Both the position numbers and the translations under genes were made by a program. Positions 62,501 to 64,000 of a stretch of DNA of 64,000 nucleotides are shown here, in pieces. The DNA lies in assembly GCA_043228905.1 (NCBI GenBank), contig JBHGNT010000013.1:20894001-20958000 (forward strand), in the 5' to 3' direction. This stretch comes from Azolla caroliniana (taxonomy: Eukaryota; Plantae; Polypodiophyta). A model generated the notes under the pieces. The model was not told where the DNA came from. It made no database searches and saw only the letters and a list, made by a program, of their open reading frames with translations. Position 1 is the first letter of the stretch, and every line of letters starts with the position of its first letter.

Positions 62501-63072
62501 GTAAGAATATATATTTAGATTGATAGAGAAAGATATAGAAATCTCGTGAATCCCACGAGTATAGTTTATTAATTGGTGTTTTAGGAAATATATCCAATTT
62601 CCCAAATATTTCATACACTTATTACATTGTGCTCCCCATCCTTATATGGTGATGAGAGAGTCTTCACAATCCATGCTTTTTTTTTCTAACTATAGACTCC
62701 ATGCTTTTCCTATAGATAGACTATATGCTTTATCTAAAGTGATCATGATTTTTCTATCTTGTGCATTTTCTATCGACTATAGCGTTCATGCACGCTAGAT
62801 GTACATGTGTAGCTTTTTCTTTTAGCATGCGTTTTTCTTTTAACTAAAGTTTATCCTACATGAACTTAGGTTTCTATGTGGGACATCTATTTTTTAATAA
62901 TAATGAAATGCTAGTGTAATGGTAGGGTTTCACATTATTAACATGGAGGTGTAAGGTTCGAATCTTGCCCTATGCATTTATTATTTATTTTGACATTTTC
63001 TTCTATTTCTTCATATTTACTAAAAAGTTACTTTATAAGTTTTTCATGTAGTGTACAAAATACACTACGACA
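59517..63072 (-). mobile_element. Duplicate of the tRNA-Trp-primed non-autonomous element
   Basis: Matches 7728-11285, with the same ACGT TSD. Confidence 0.9.
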
Positions 63073-64000
63073 ACGTGGGGATATTAATAGCTACACATGT
63101 AGATGGCCATGACCTAGGGCACCAATTCTGCATTGGTAAAGTTTTGGACATGGTGATGCATTAAGTCTTTGTAATACATCTATCATTGACATTAGTGAGG
63201 TGGATATTATTGTGTATGACTTTACACTGACAAAAATTGGATGTTTAAGGACGACAACGATAGACATAATAAAAGAGATATTACCAAGTCTAGAAGATAT
63301 TTCAGATTGAAGGCGAACAAGATTTAGTGCACACAATTTGGCGACACCATTTGGTGAAGACAATGATTTAATTGGTACATTTGAAAATGAGGAGGAAGAG
63401 TCACGATTGTATATTAGCTATAGTAGGGATTCTCATGAAAGGAATGATGATAGTGATGCAAATAACTCCTAAATGTATTTTTTGTGCAACGATATGCAAC
63501 AAATTTAGACAACATTTTATCAAATGAAATAGAAAAGTTGATTGTTTTGAAATCTTTCTCTTATGATATCGTTAGTATTTAAAATACTACTAGTTGTAAT
63601 TTGTCCTTAAAAATACACAAAGTTACTTTTCGTATTTGGCCAAAATTTGACATTTTTCAATTTTCCAATTGGTGAAAATTTTAGCTTTTTCATCAAGTTT
63701 TCGAGAAATTGTGATACTGGTGTCAAGGTGTTTAGTAAAATGGCCAAAAAAGCCCCAAAATCAGATGGAATATTCCTTATCCTTCCATTTGTGCGCAATC
63801 CTTCCACTTGTGAACGTGAACATGTTTTTTGCTTTATTACTCAGAAGTTTGTGTTATTACATGTTAGTTATTATGGTGAATAGGTAATTTATGGGAATAC
63901 TCAAAATTTTGAACTTTGGTTTCTAACGTAGTTTTGATTTGTTTTCCTTTCATATTCAATTTACATACGAGACAACCATATGAAACCATGTGCACAAAAC

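Larger units (their letters stand above)
51788..64000 (+). repeat. Copy 2 of the tandem segmental duplication (runs off the window)
   Basis: Begins gttgtggctcc at 51788, as at position 1. The window end atgtgcacaaaac equals 12201-12213. Confidence 0.99.

Overview
Plant genomic DNA, probably from a non-seed plant (inferred from two Tcn1/Tf1-like chromoviruses). It is almost entirely nested, decayed transposons: several Ty1/copia, several Ty3/gypsy and two hAT relics, plus a ~189-bp satellite block. There is one intact host gene, a 3-exon secreted protein with two 8-cysteine LTP domains, a Ser-Pro(n) stalk and a GPI-type tail (48944-50315). Bases 1-12213 recur almost identically at 51788-64000 (period 51,787 bp), so the window spans a recent large tandem duplication. 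Its likely junction is an LTR with a PPT upstream and a PBS downstream. The most unusual signals are: (i) a TSD-bounded gypsy element with a tRNA-3'-end-like copy where its PPT should be; (ii) antisense tRNA-like A/B-box cassettes in the U3 of three LTR families; (iii) Tf1-type self-priming signatures in both chromoviruses; (iv) a tRNA-Trp-primed non-autonomous element with a 4-bp ACGT TSD. All alignments were done by eye and no database search was run.
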